Sequence record: SRR31156797_1719
Strand: one strand, 5' to 3'
Length of the DNA: 64,000 nucleotides
How positions within the stretch are numbered: position 1 is the first letter of the stretch; each line of letters starts with the position of its first letter. The notes under the pieces are model-generated. The model saw nothing but the letters and a program-made list of their open reading frames with translations. It ran no database searches and was not told where the DNA came from. Shown here one piece after another: positions 19,198 to 28,183 of this stretch. The translations under genes and the position numbers were made by a program.

Positions 19198-20460
19198 ATG
19201 AAATTATCGCAATATACGATTGTTGAAGAAGTGGATAATGAAATACTTTTGTACAATTCGGTATACTCTGCTATCGTTTTACTAACTCAAAGCGAGTTCC
19301 ATGATCTACAGACTTTTATTAATAACGATAACTTTGAGAAAACAGAATTATTCTCTTACTTAGAAAATCAAAATATCATTGTTTCCGATGAGATTGATGA
19401 AGAAGCAAGATTAGTGTCTGTGGCAAATGAAAAACGATATAATCCTAGTCAAGTAACTTTCACAATTGCCCCTACGATGAACTGTAATTTTTCCTGTTTT
19501 TATTGTTACGAGCAAGGGTTTAGACAACATACTATGACTACTGAAACTGCTAAGAAAACAGCTGAGTTTATTCTTAAAAATGTATTACCCCATCAGTCAT
19601 TGAAAGTAATTTGGTATGGAGGAGAGCCTTTGATGGGATTGAACTCTATTAAAGTTATAAGTGAAATAATAATGAAAAACGAAAAAAAATATAAAAATTT
19701 CAACGCAGAAATTGTATCCAATGGTTATTTGCTAACAGAAAAAGTTGCACAACTTTTAAAAAGTTATCACGTTAATTATGCTCAAATTACTCTGGATGGG
19801 GATCAGATAAATCATGATTCTAGAAGATGTTTAACAAATGGGAAAGGGACATTTGCAAGAATATTACAGAATATAGTTAAAACTCTAAAATATATTCCAG
19901 TAACTGTAAGAGTAAATATAGATAGGGAGAATAATCATGAAGATGTTATTCGTTTGATGAACTCGCTGGATAATTTTAATTTACTTAAGAAAGTTGGCTT
20001 TTATCTTGCGCCGGTAGAGGATTTTGATACCTACAAAACACCCACATGTTATACATCCCAAGAGTTTTCGAAAGAAGAAATAATGGTTTATAAAAGTCTT
20101 TTGGAAAGAGGGATAAATATTGTTGCCATACCACGGACAACGATTGGGTTCTGCGAAGCTATCAATCGAGATGACTATGTAATCGACCCTAATGGATTTT
20201 TATATAAATGCTGGGTTCATATTGGTAAAACGATTGGACGAGTTGGAGATATCTATACAGGAATACAATTGAACAGTGTGCATAAAACATTTACAGAGTA
20301 CAAATTTTTTTCGAAAGCGAAATGTTCAAGTTGTAAAGTTCAACCTTTGTGTTTAGGAGGCTGTCCGTTAATTCGAATGAATACAGGTGAGTCGAAGTGC
20401 GTTAGCTATAAGTACAATATTGAAGAGCATATAAAAATGGCTTCGGCAAGACTAATATAA
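19198..20460 (+). CDS. Radical SAM/SPASM domain peptide maturase 2
   Basis: CNFSCFYC, WYGGEPL, QITLDG...HD.RR, RVNID; SPASM FC..VIDPNG.LYKC..CSSC....LCLGGCP..C (7 Cys); RRE-like N-terminus. Confidence 0.92.
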   Translation: MKLSQYTIVEEVDNEILLYNSVYSAIVLLTQSEFHDLQTFINNDNFEKTELFSYLENQNIIVSDEIDEEARLVSVANEKRYNPSQVTFTIAPTMNCNFSCFYCYEQGFRQHTMTTETAKKTAEFILKNVLPHQSLKVIWYGGEPLMGLNSIKVISEIIMKNEKKYKNFNAEIVSNGYLLTEKVAQLLKSYHVNYAQITLDGDQINHDSRRCLTNGKGTFARILQNIVKTLKYIPVTVRVNIDRENNHEDVIRLMNSLDNFNLLKKVGFYLAPVEDFDTYKTPTCYTSQEFSKEEIMVYKSLLERGINIVAIPRTTIGFCEAINRDDYVIDPNGFLYKCWVHIGKTIGRVGDIYTGIQLNSVHKTFTEYKFFSKAKCSSCKVQPLCLGGCPLIRMNTGESKCVSYKYNIEEHIKMASARLI

Positions 20461-20654
20461 TCTGGTGGAATATTTTTGCTTCAGAAGATTGATAAGGTCT
20501 TCTTAAAAAAATAGCTTAGTTAAATAAGGTTACTATGTTACATTGTGAATAGAATCTATACTTACTTATGAAAATAGAAAGCGTAACTCAATTTTCTCAT
20601 TCATATTGTAATAAATGATTTCTCATATTAAAATTTTTATAAGAAAACTAAATA

Positions 20655-20811
20655 GTGAGCAAAGCTCACCCCAAGCAGCCTCCGAAACTGTTTTCGGGGG
20701 CTGCTTGAGGTTTGGGGGGCTTAGCTAGCTAAGTAATGATCGATCACTAAAAAAATGATCAAAACAGAATAGGCAATTTTTTCTTTTCAATCAAAAAATT
20801 TTGATCATTTT
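20655..20811. repeat. Cluster of palindromes / inverted repeats
   Basis: GTGAGC-AAA-GCTCAC; 16-bp stem CAAGCAGCCTCCGAAA/TTTCGGGGGCTGCTTG; CTTAGCTAGCTAAG; TGATCGATCA; AAAATGATCAAAA...TTTTGATCATTTT. Confidence 0.6.
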
Positions 20812-20980
20812 ATCAAGCAGAGGATGGCACAAGTAAGTGGAAAGTAGGTAGTGGCTATTTTTTTGTTCAGGATGGGGAAGTAGATTTGTCTAGGATACGC
20901 CGGAGGATAAACGTTTTGAGGATCATTTGTTTTTGACTTACCTATGTGCCATCACTGCGGAAACCCTGTGGATGAAGGCG

Positions 20981-21409
20981 TCATGTACGACACCAGATAC
21001 TCGGATGAGAGCTAAGGACGTTTGATTGCCGTGCCTGACACGCTTTTTCTAACCGCAAAGTCGTAGGGGCTAAAGAGCTACAGCGCTGAGACAGATGACT
21101 GCCCCGTGCGATTTTGGGTGTTTTTTGAACCCTACAAGCTGCTATTGCTACGCGTCTATTCGTCGCAAGCTTGGAAGGTCTTCTCATAAAATGCCCGTCA
21201 GCTGTCAACAGGCTGCCTTTTGCATCAGGAAGCATCAGCGTTCCAACAAATCTTTTTGATCCAGTAGTCGCCCACTCATTTTGGGCAACTTCTATCCGAG
21301 AAAACATTGCGTTAGAAGTATGTCTGTCCGTCTTTTCCAGATAAAAGTCAGCTGAAAGAGGGCTGATACTTAACAAAACGGCAGTTAGGACGACCACAAG
21401 CGCTCTCAA
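20981..21409 (-). CDS. Possible secreted hypothetical protein (doubtful)
   Basis: TTG start with GAAAGGA upstream and a signal-peptide-like N-terminus, but the rest of the sequence looks atypical. Confidence 0.25.
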   Translation of the reverse strand: MRALVVVLTAVLLSISPLSADFYLEKTDRHTSNAMFSRIEVAQNEWATTGSKRFVGTLMLPDAKGSLLTADGHFMRRPSKLATNRRVAIAACRVQKTPKIARGSHLSQRCSSLAPTTLRLEKACQARQSNVLSSHPSIWCRT

Positions 21410-21592
21410 AAAAACTCAGTCCTTTCTTTTCAATGGTCATTGTTCTTATCTGCACTTCATGATAGCATCGAAACGCGAATTATTTTTCGCGTTTTTTTGT
21501 TTTTAAAATAAAAAATTAGGTATTCGCTTTTTTGGGTTAAATGGTATACCTGAGATGGAATAAAAATAATAAAAGAAAGGACAGGATTTACA

Positions 21593-22234
21593 ATGAAGAA
21601 AACATCATTAGTTGCAGGTTTCGTTTTAGGTGTAGGCGTTTTGTTTACTCTAGGTGCATGCTCAACAGTGGAAGAATCAGGGGAAGTGGTCTCTGGGTCT
21701 GGAACGGAAACGTTGATCAGCGATTCGTCAGATGAAGTAGTTGTGGGAAGTGAAAAATTGAGTGATGACGGGTATTTTGAAGAAATCGTAACTAAGGGAA
21801 TCGATCCGAAAATCAAAGACGTCGTTTGGTATGAAACGAATTATGAAAATGCTGGTTGGGATCACATTCGCTTTTTAGTGAATCATGTAAAAATCGTGAA
21901 TGTAGAAGAATTCAAAGACAAAGACAAAGAATACAAAACATTGCTCTCACTGAAATATCAATTGTTTAATGAAGATTCGAAAGACAAAAAAATCAAACCT
22001 GACAAAGCCTATTTGGTGTTGAATGATGGCAAAAAAGTAGAAGCGGAAGTGTTTGTGGACTACTTAGATGATGAGATTTTGACCCATGACAAACATAAAG
22101 ATGGCTTTATTCATTTTAAAGTGGCGCAAGAACAAAGTTTGCCAGCGATCAAAGCGGTCGAAATCGAATTTAAAGCAGATGGAGATTTGACACATACGTA
22201 CCATATTGATCTATCTTCCGCTGCTGAAAAATAG
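21593..22234 (+). CDS. Lipoprotein of unknown function, first gene of the gad operon
   Basis: Lipobox LGAC after a hydrophobic signal; acidic linker; 25 nt from gadC. Confidence 0.8.
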   Translation: MKKTSLVAGFVLGVGVLFTLGACSTVEESGEVVSGSGTETLISDSSDEVVVGSEKLSDDGYFEEIVTKGIDPKIKDVVWYETNYENAGWDHIRFLVNHVKIVNVEEFKDKDKEYKTLLSLKYQLFNEDSKDKKIKPDKAYLVLNDGKKVEAEVFVDYLDDEILTHDKHKDGFIHFKVAQEQSLPAIKAVEIEFKADGDLTHTYHIDLSSAAEK

Positions 22235-22259
22235 TATCTAACGATAGGAGGTAAAAAAA

Positions 22260-23669
22260 ATGGATACTAGCAAGAAAAAACTATCATTGTTGAGTTTTTT
22301 TGCAATAACTGCTTCAATGGTGATGACGGTATATGAGTATCCAACCTTTGCGACATCGAAGATGAATTTAGTTTTTTATTTACTCGTCGGCGGTTTCCTC
22401 TGGTTTATCCCTGTAGCCCTTTGCTCTGCGGAGATGGCTACTGTAAAGGGATGGGAAAAAGGGGGACTCTATACCTGGGTCTCAAAAACATTAGGGAGAA
22501 AATGGGGCTTTGCTGCCATTTTCTTCCAATGGTTCCAAATCACGGTAGGCTTTATTACGATGATTTACTTTATTGTCGGGGCGCTTTCCTATGCCCTAAA
22601 TTGGCCGGCTCTTAATACGAATGTTTGGCTGAAGCTGATTGCCACTTTAGTGATCTTTTGGCTGATCACGATCTCGCAATTTGGCGGAACAAAAAATACT
22701 GCGAAGATTGCCAAAGTAGGGTTCTTTGTGGGGATCGTCGCAACAGGGATCATTCTTTTTATCTTAGGAATTGTCTACATTGCTCAAGGGAATCCCGTCA
22801 AAGTTTCTTTTGGATCAGGCGCTTGGATTCCTGATTTCACGAAAATCAATACGCTGGTCGTTTTTGTTTCCTTTATTTTAGCCTATGCAGGGGTTGAATC
22901 TTCTGCCAGTCACGTAAAAGATATGGACAATCCTGGAAAGAATTACCCGAAAGCTATTTTGATTTTAGTTGTAGCAACGATTCTTTTGGATACGTTAGGT
23001 GGGGCAACGGTGGCTGCCACGATTCCCCAAAATCAATTGTCTCTTGATACTGGCGTGATTCAAGCCTATTCTTATTTGATCCATCATTTTGGCGGCGGAG
23101 AATGGCTGGTTCGTTTGATTGCCGTGGTCATCTGTTTAGGTGTCATTGCAGAAATTGCTGCTTGGGTGGTCGGCCCATCGACTGCGATGCTTGAAGCAGC
23201 TGAAAATGGCTTGCTGCCAAAACAAATGGCCAAAGTCAATCAACACAATGTCCCAATCAATATCGTTTTGGTACAAGGCATCATTGTTTCCATTTGGGCG
23301 GTTGTCTTGACATTAGGCGGTGGAGGCGCCAATCTATCCTTCTTCGTTGCGATGGCGTTGACGGTCTGCATCTATCTGGTGGCTTATGTCCTCTTGTTTC
23401 TTTCCTATATTAAATTAGTCAAAGAAAAAGACGACTTAACAAGAACGTATCATATTCCTGGTGGGAAAAATGTGAAAATTGGTGTTGCGATGGTTGGTTT
23501 GCTTGTTTCTATTTTTTCTTTCTTTATTTCCTTCTTTCCACCGAGCGATATCGGCACCGGAAAGGGCGGAACCTATTTAGCCATCTTGATCATCAGTTGG
23601 CTGATTATTGTCGTGATACCGTTTGTCATCTATAAATATGTAGGTGAAAAAGCAAGCGATAAAAAATAA
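22260..23669 (+). CDS. gadC: Glutamate:GABA antiporter
   Basis: APC transporter with FFAITASMVM.VYEYPTFATS signature, directly upstream of the decarboxylase. Confidence 0.92.
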   Translation: MDTSKKKLSLLSFFAITASMVMTVYEYPTFATSKMNLVFYLLVGGFLWFIPVALCSAEMATVKGWEKGGLYTWVSKTLGRKWGFAAIFFQWFQITVGFITMIYFIVGALSYALNWPALNTNVWLKLIATLVIFWLITISQFGGTKNTAKIAKVGFFVGIVATGIILFILGIVYIAQGNPVKVSFGSGAWIPDFTKINTLVVFVSFILAYAGVESSASHVKDMDNPGKNYPKAILILVVATILLDTLGGATVAATIPQNQLSLDTGVIQAYSYLIHHFGGGEWLVRLIAVVICLGVIAEIAAWVVGPSTAMLEAAENGLLPKQMAKVNQHNVPINIVLVQGIIVSIWAVVLTLGGGGANLSFFVAMALTVCIYLVAYVLLFLSYIKLVKEKDDLTRTYHIPGGKNVKIGVAMVGLLVSIFSFFISFFPPSDIGTGKGGTYLAILIISWLIIVVIPFVIYKYVGEKASDKK

Positions 23670-23698
23670 AAAGCACAACCTATGAGGAGGAGAGCTGC

Positions 23699-25093
23699 AT
23701 GTTATTTAGTAAAAAAAATCGAAAAGAAGCCCAATATTTGGAGCCTATCTATGGGAATGAGGCAATGGATCAAGCGATCCCTATGTACAAATTACCAAAA
23801 GAGTCCTTGGTACCGCGGGATGCCTATGAATTAGTCAAAGATCAATTGATCGATGAAGGGGTCTCAAGACAAAATTTGGCGACGTTCTGTCAAACCTACA
23901 TGGAACCAGAAGCAGTCAAAATTATGAGTGAAACCCTTGATAAAAACGCCATCGATAAAACCGAGTACCCACGGACAGCAGAAATTGAAAACCGCTGTGT
24001 CAATATGATCGCTGATTTATGGCATGCCCCAGAAGCGTCCGATTTTATCGGTACATCAACGGTAGGCTCAAGTGAAGCGTGTATGTTAGGTGGATTGGCC
24101 TTAAAATTTGCTTGGCGCAATCGGGCAAAAAAACTTGGCTTAGATATCAATAAACAAAAACCAAACTTAGTGATTTCTTCTGCCTATCAAGTCGTTTGGG
24201 AAAAATTCTGTGTCTACTGGGACATTGAAATGCGAACGATCCCTATCGATGAAGAACATGGCAGCATTAATGTTGAAAAGGTCACGGACTATTTAGATGA
24301 ATATACGATCGGGGTCGTTGGTATTTTAGGAATCACTTACACTGGACGATACGATGATATCAAAGCACTAGACAAGAAATTAGAGGAATACAACAAACAC
24401 ACCGACTACAAAGTCTACATCCACGTGGATGCGGCTAGTGGGGGATTGTACACGCCATTTATGGAACCAGAACTTGAATGGGATTTCCGTTTGAAAAACG
24501 TTCGTTCCATCAGTACGTCTGGACATAAATATGGGTTAGTCTACCCTGGTATCGGTTGGGTGCTTTGGAAAGAAAAAGATTTCTTACCAGAAGAGTTGGT
24601 CTTTAAAGTAAGTTATCTTGGCGGTGAAATGCCAACGATGGCCATCAACTTTTCAAGAAGCGCCAGCCAAATCATCGGACAATATTACACCTTTATCCGC
24701 AATGGGTTTGAAGGCTACCGCTTGATCCACAAAAAGACCAGCGATGTTGCCCAATATTTAGCAAAAGAGATTGAAAACATGGGTTACTTCGATATTTATA
24801 ATGATGGTTCACGGTTGCCGATCGTCTGCTACAAATTAAAAGAAGATGCCGATATTTCTTGGAATCTGTATGATTTGACGGATGAATTTGCGATGAAAGG
24901 CTGGCAAGTCCCTACCTATCCATTACCTGATAATCTATCACATATCAATATCCAACGCTTTGTCTGCCGGGCAGATTTAAGTATGCAAATGGCAATGGAT
25001 CTGGTGCAAGACATGAAAGAAGGAATCGAGCGCTTGAACAAGCGACCAAGCCGTCATGTTTCATCCGATCAAACCTATGGCTTTTCACATTAA
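23699..25093 (+). CDS. gadB: Glutamate decarboxylase (PLP-dependent)
   Basis: QNLATFCQTYME, NAIDK.EYP, STVGSSEACMLGG, HVDAASGG, STSGHKYG (PLP lysine). Confidence 0.96.
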   Translation: MLFSKKNRKEAQYLEPIYGNEAMDQAIPMYKLPKESLVPRDAYELVKDQLIDEGVSRQNLATFCQTYMEPEAVKIMSETLDKNAIDKTEYPRTAEIENRCVNMIADLWHAPEASDFIGTSTVGSSEACMLGGLALKFAWRNRAKKLGLDINKQKPNLVISSAYQVVWEKFCVYWDIEMRTIPIDEEHGSINVEKVTDYLDEYTIGVVGILGITYTGRYDDIKALDKKLEEYNKHTDYKVYIHVDAASGGLYTPFMEPELEWDFRLKNVRSISTSGHKYGLVYPGIGWVLWKEKDFLPEELVFKVSYLGGEMPTMAINFSRSASQIIGQYYTFIRNGFEGYRLIHKKTSDVAQYLAKEIENMGYFDIYNDGSRLPIVCYKLKEDADISWNLYDLTDEFAMKGWQVPTYPLPDNLSHINIQRFVCRADLSMQMAMDLVQDMKEGIERLNKRPSRHVSSDQTYGFSH

Positions 25094-25193
25094 GAAACGG
25101 TATCGCTAGAAACCCTTTCATTGCTTTTTTCAATGAATAAAAAGTCCCTTTATGAAACGTTTTTTGCAAGACTGAATGAACATTGGTTTATAG

Positions 25194-25234
25194 AAAAATC
25201 AAAGGCGGTTGCATCGACTGCCTTTGATTTTTTT
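25194..25234 (+). terminator. Intrinsic terminator of the gad operon
   Basis: AAAATCAAAGGCGGT...ACTGCCTTTGATTTT followed by T-run. Confidence 0.75.
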
Positions 25235-25629
25235 GTTTGTAAGAACGGGTAAGCACTTGATAGTGTCGTTTTTTAAGAGAAAGTAAAAAAACAGTGCTTG
25301 ATAATTTCATTTATTGACATTTCTGACTTGTGATAGTATTAATTATTATGGTCTAAATATATTTTTTTAGAGAAGAACGTTTTACATAAACGAAAAGGAA
25401 ATCTTAGAACGTTGTCGTGAGGGAATTCTTAGGGAAATTCGTCTTGCATCGAGGGTTTTTGTTTGTCAGTCATGGTTTGTTGGGGAGTAAGTGAAGGAAA
25501 AGTATGTGTAGAAAGGGCCTGTTTTTACTGCGCTTGTTTGTTTCATAAGTAACGTACTGCTATCTTTTTCTGTAAATTGGTTGTAACTATTCTGAATGAA
25601 TATAGATTTACACTGGAGGAAAAACAGTC

Positions 25630-27078
25630 ATGTATAAAGAAGACTTACTGGATAAGGACTTAAAATTAGAGTATATCTTGCTCAAATTTTTGTATTTATC
25701 GACCGGTCATATCAAAAAAAGTGATGCGTGTCGGGAATTAAATATTACGATGCCGACCTTGACGAAATTATCAGAGAGCCTTCAACGGCAACTAAAAAAT
25801 GAGAAGGTCTCATTTATCATCAATCGTTATACGTTGGAACTGCAAGTAACCGATAGTGTCTCACTGGATGATTTGACCGACACGCTATTGAAAAAATCTG
25901 CTAAATATCAAATCATCCATTATTTGTTTCAACATGCAGGCTATGATGCCTTCGTCTTGGCTGATGAATTAAACATAAGTGTGGGGACCCTCAATCGGTT
26001 GATTGCTGAGTGCAATCAGTTGTTGCAGCATTTTGAATTAAAGATCAGAAACAAAAAACTAGTTGGAACGATGACACAACGCATTTATTTTTACTATAAT
26101 TTTTTCAAAATGGGTGCAACAACGATCGATTCTGTTTTGATCGATGACCTGGTTGCGGAGTTAGCGAAAAAAATAACCTTATCGATTGCCCAACAAAAGC
26201 AGCTGAAGATCTGGTTGTATGTGATTATGAAAAAAGTCACGTCTCACACGACCTTGGGAAGTTTAAGTCCGGAAGAACAAACCAAAATCGAGCGTTGCCA
26301 AGAGATGCCCCTCTGTCACTTTATTCGACAGATCTATGCTTCTAAAAAATGTATCTGCTCAGTAGATGAAGCGAAGATCGTGCCATTCTTTATCTGTCTC
26401 TTCCTCATTACGGTGGGCGGGATTCCTTACGAGGAACTTCGCTTAGGACTGTACACTAATAAAAATCCCGTCTTTGAGATCACCGATGAAGTCATGGCAG
26501 CAATCCAGTCCATTTATCGTCTTGATGCCTCGCATACGACGATCGATATCAAAGCCAATGTCTTTTCCTTAATCGCACAAGTTTATTACTTTCATGGAGT
26601 GAATTATTCCATCGATCGAGTCACGCTAAATTATTACCACAAAATGTTTCACAATTCCTTGCGGGATCAAGTGATCTCAGACATTCTGGAACACATTATT
26701 GCACCGACCAACTTGTTTACGCCCACGAAACTCAACTATCTCAAGAAACGCCTAGTCTTTTTAATTTATATGTTATCGCCTAAAGAAGAATATCGGGTAC
26801 GGATCGGGGTCTTAAATATGTGCTCTAGTCTTTTGGCGGATGCTTCGATTTACTTGTTAAAAAATGAACTAAAAGGCAAGCAAAATGTTGTTGTTTTACC
26901 CTATACTCCGGACGAGACGTTTGACTTGTTGATTTCCAATGCCAATCTCCCCCAATTAGGGAACAATTATGACCAATTTTATCAAGTGACCGCCATTGGT
27001 GCCGATTTAGACGTCAATCAGGTTTCTGCGATCGTCGATCAAATTGCTTATTCTAAGTATCATTCTTTTGTGGTGTGA
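25630..27078 (+). CDS. Mga/RofA-like helix-turn-helix regulator (candidate GadR)
   Basis: 482 aa, two N-terminal HTHs (ACRELNITMPTL; LADELNISVGTLNRLI), C-terminal EIIB-like FDLLISN. Confidence 0.8.
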   Translation: MYKEDLLDKDLKLEYILLKFLYLSTGHIKKSDACRELNITMPTLTKLSESLQRQLKNEKVSFIINRYTLELQVTDSVSLDDLTDTLLKKSAKYQIIHYLFQHAGYDAFVLADELNISVGTLNRLIAECNQLLQHFELKIRNKKLVGTMTQRIYFYYNFFKMGATTIDSVLIDDLVAELAKKITLSIAQQKQLKIWLYVIMKKVTSHTTLGSLSPEEQTKIERCQEMPLCHFIRQIYASKKCICSVDEAKIVPFFICLFLITVGGIPYEELRLGLYTNKNPVFEITDEVMAAIQSIYRLDASHTTIDIKANVFSLIAQVYYFHGVNYSIDRVTLNYYHKMFHNSLRDQVISDILEHIIAPTNLFTPTKLNYLKKRLVFLIYMLSPKEEYRVRIGVLNMCSSLLADASIYLLKNELKGKQNVVVLPYTPDETFDLLISNANLPQLGNNYDQFYQVTAIGADLDVNQVSAIVDQIAYSKYHSFVV

Positions 27079-27095
27079 GCCATCACTTGTTAGTT

Positions 27096-27136
27096 AAAAA
27101 GCAGCGAGTCAACGGATAGGTGATTCGCTGCTTTTT
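27096..27136. terminator. Intrinsic terminator
   Basis: AAAAAGCAGCGAGTCA...TGATTCGCTGCTTTTT. Confidence 0.75.
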
Positions 27137-27374
27137 CAATTATCTGCGAAGTAGGGAAAGGAAAAGGCGCTTGAATTGCTCTTATCATTGATGACGGAAT
27201 GAAAACAGGGATCAGTCAAGCAGCTTTCTGCTAGATAATGTGTCCAGTATCCTTGTATAACGTATCGCAACAGAGCAGAAGACATCAAGCGTGAAAATAA
27301 CAGAAGGGATTCAAAATGCTGGTTTTGGAAGGATGTAAAAAAAAGACCCACATAATGATGTGAGTCTGCAATCG

Positions 27375-27764
27375 TTAGTTCTGATTTTCTAATTTTTCTA
27401 GAACCTTTTTGGGAATTGCATCTTTTTCAACGCTATTCGGGCCTTTTATTGTGCGCTTTTCACTGATCACCGCTTTTACATAAGAATTTGGGGTTAAGGG
27501 TTTTGCGTTATCTTCTGATAATGAAACCTCGAGTGTTTGTGTGCTGCCATCTTCTTTTACAAAGTTTAACGTGTAATCGTAAGAATACCAAGGCGACTGG
27601 TCGCCGATGCCACTTTTACTTTCATGTTCTACCTTAGGGGGAATCTCAGATGGGACATACGCGTAAGCTGTTTGTCCTGAGTAGGTGGATTGATAATATT
27701 CATAGCCTTTGTATCCGGCAAACCCTAAAAGTACGACTAAGACGAATCCGATTATTTTTTTCAT
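27375..27764 (-). CDS. YxeA/DUF1093 family protein
   Basis: N-terminal membrane anchor, YY..TY.G..AY, Y.Y.LNFV.EDG, GPN.V.K..IPKKV; start ATG 27764. Confidence 0.8.
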   Translation of the reverse strand: MKKIIGFVLVVLLGFAGYKGYEYYQSTYSGQTAYAYVPSEIPPKVEHESKSGIGDQSPWYSYDYTLNFVKEDGSTQTLEVSLSEDNAKPLTPNSYVKAVISEKRTIKGPNSVEKDAIPKKVLEKLENQN

Positions 27765-28097
27765 ATAAACCATCCTTATCCTCAAATATGGAGCTATTAT
27801 AACAGAATGGTTCTATAGATGACCTTTCATCAGACGAACAGTTTTGCAAGGAGAAATGTTACTAGCCAGTCGTGGAAAAGTGGGGAACGCCGCTAATAAA
27901 GGGTTCTATCTATAAATCGTCAGGGTATTGTTGCTTAGAGTGACTAGAAATAAGTGCGGAATCAGGCGACAAGACCTTAATAAAAAAACATAGCAAGTAG
28001 TATGACCTTTTTTGTACGCACAACAACTGACTACTTGATGAGGTGAGCCGTTTGTTTTTTCACTATAGAAAGGTGAAAAACGGCGCACCAGTTTAAT

Positions 28098-28146
28098 AAA
28101 AAACCAGCAAAGACGCTCTGTAAGAGCCCGTCTTTGCTGGTTTTTT
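28098..28146. terminator. Intrinsic terminator downstream of the photolyase gene
   Basis: AAAAAACCAGCAAAGACG...CGTCTTTGCTGGTTTTTT. Confidence 0.75.
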
Positions 28147-28183
28147 CTACCGAAAATGTTTGAGAGCAGGCCATGACAGCTGC

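Noticed and set aside
20568-20618. 16-aa ORF MKIESVTQFSHSYCNK downstream of rSAM2 as a second precursor
   Set aside because: No recognisable RBS, very short and in AT-rich sequence; likely chance
27840-28097. Possible type I toxin-antitoxin or sRNA between the yxeA-like gene and the photolyase terminator
   Set aside because: No convincing hydrophobic ORF with RBS and no clear promoter-terminator pair
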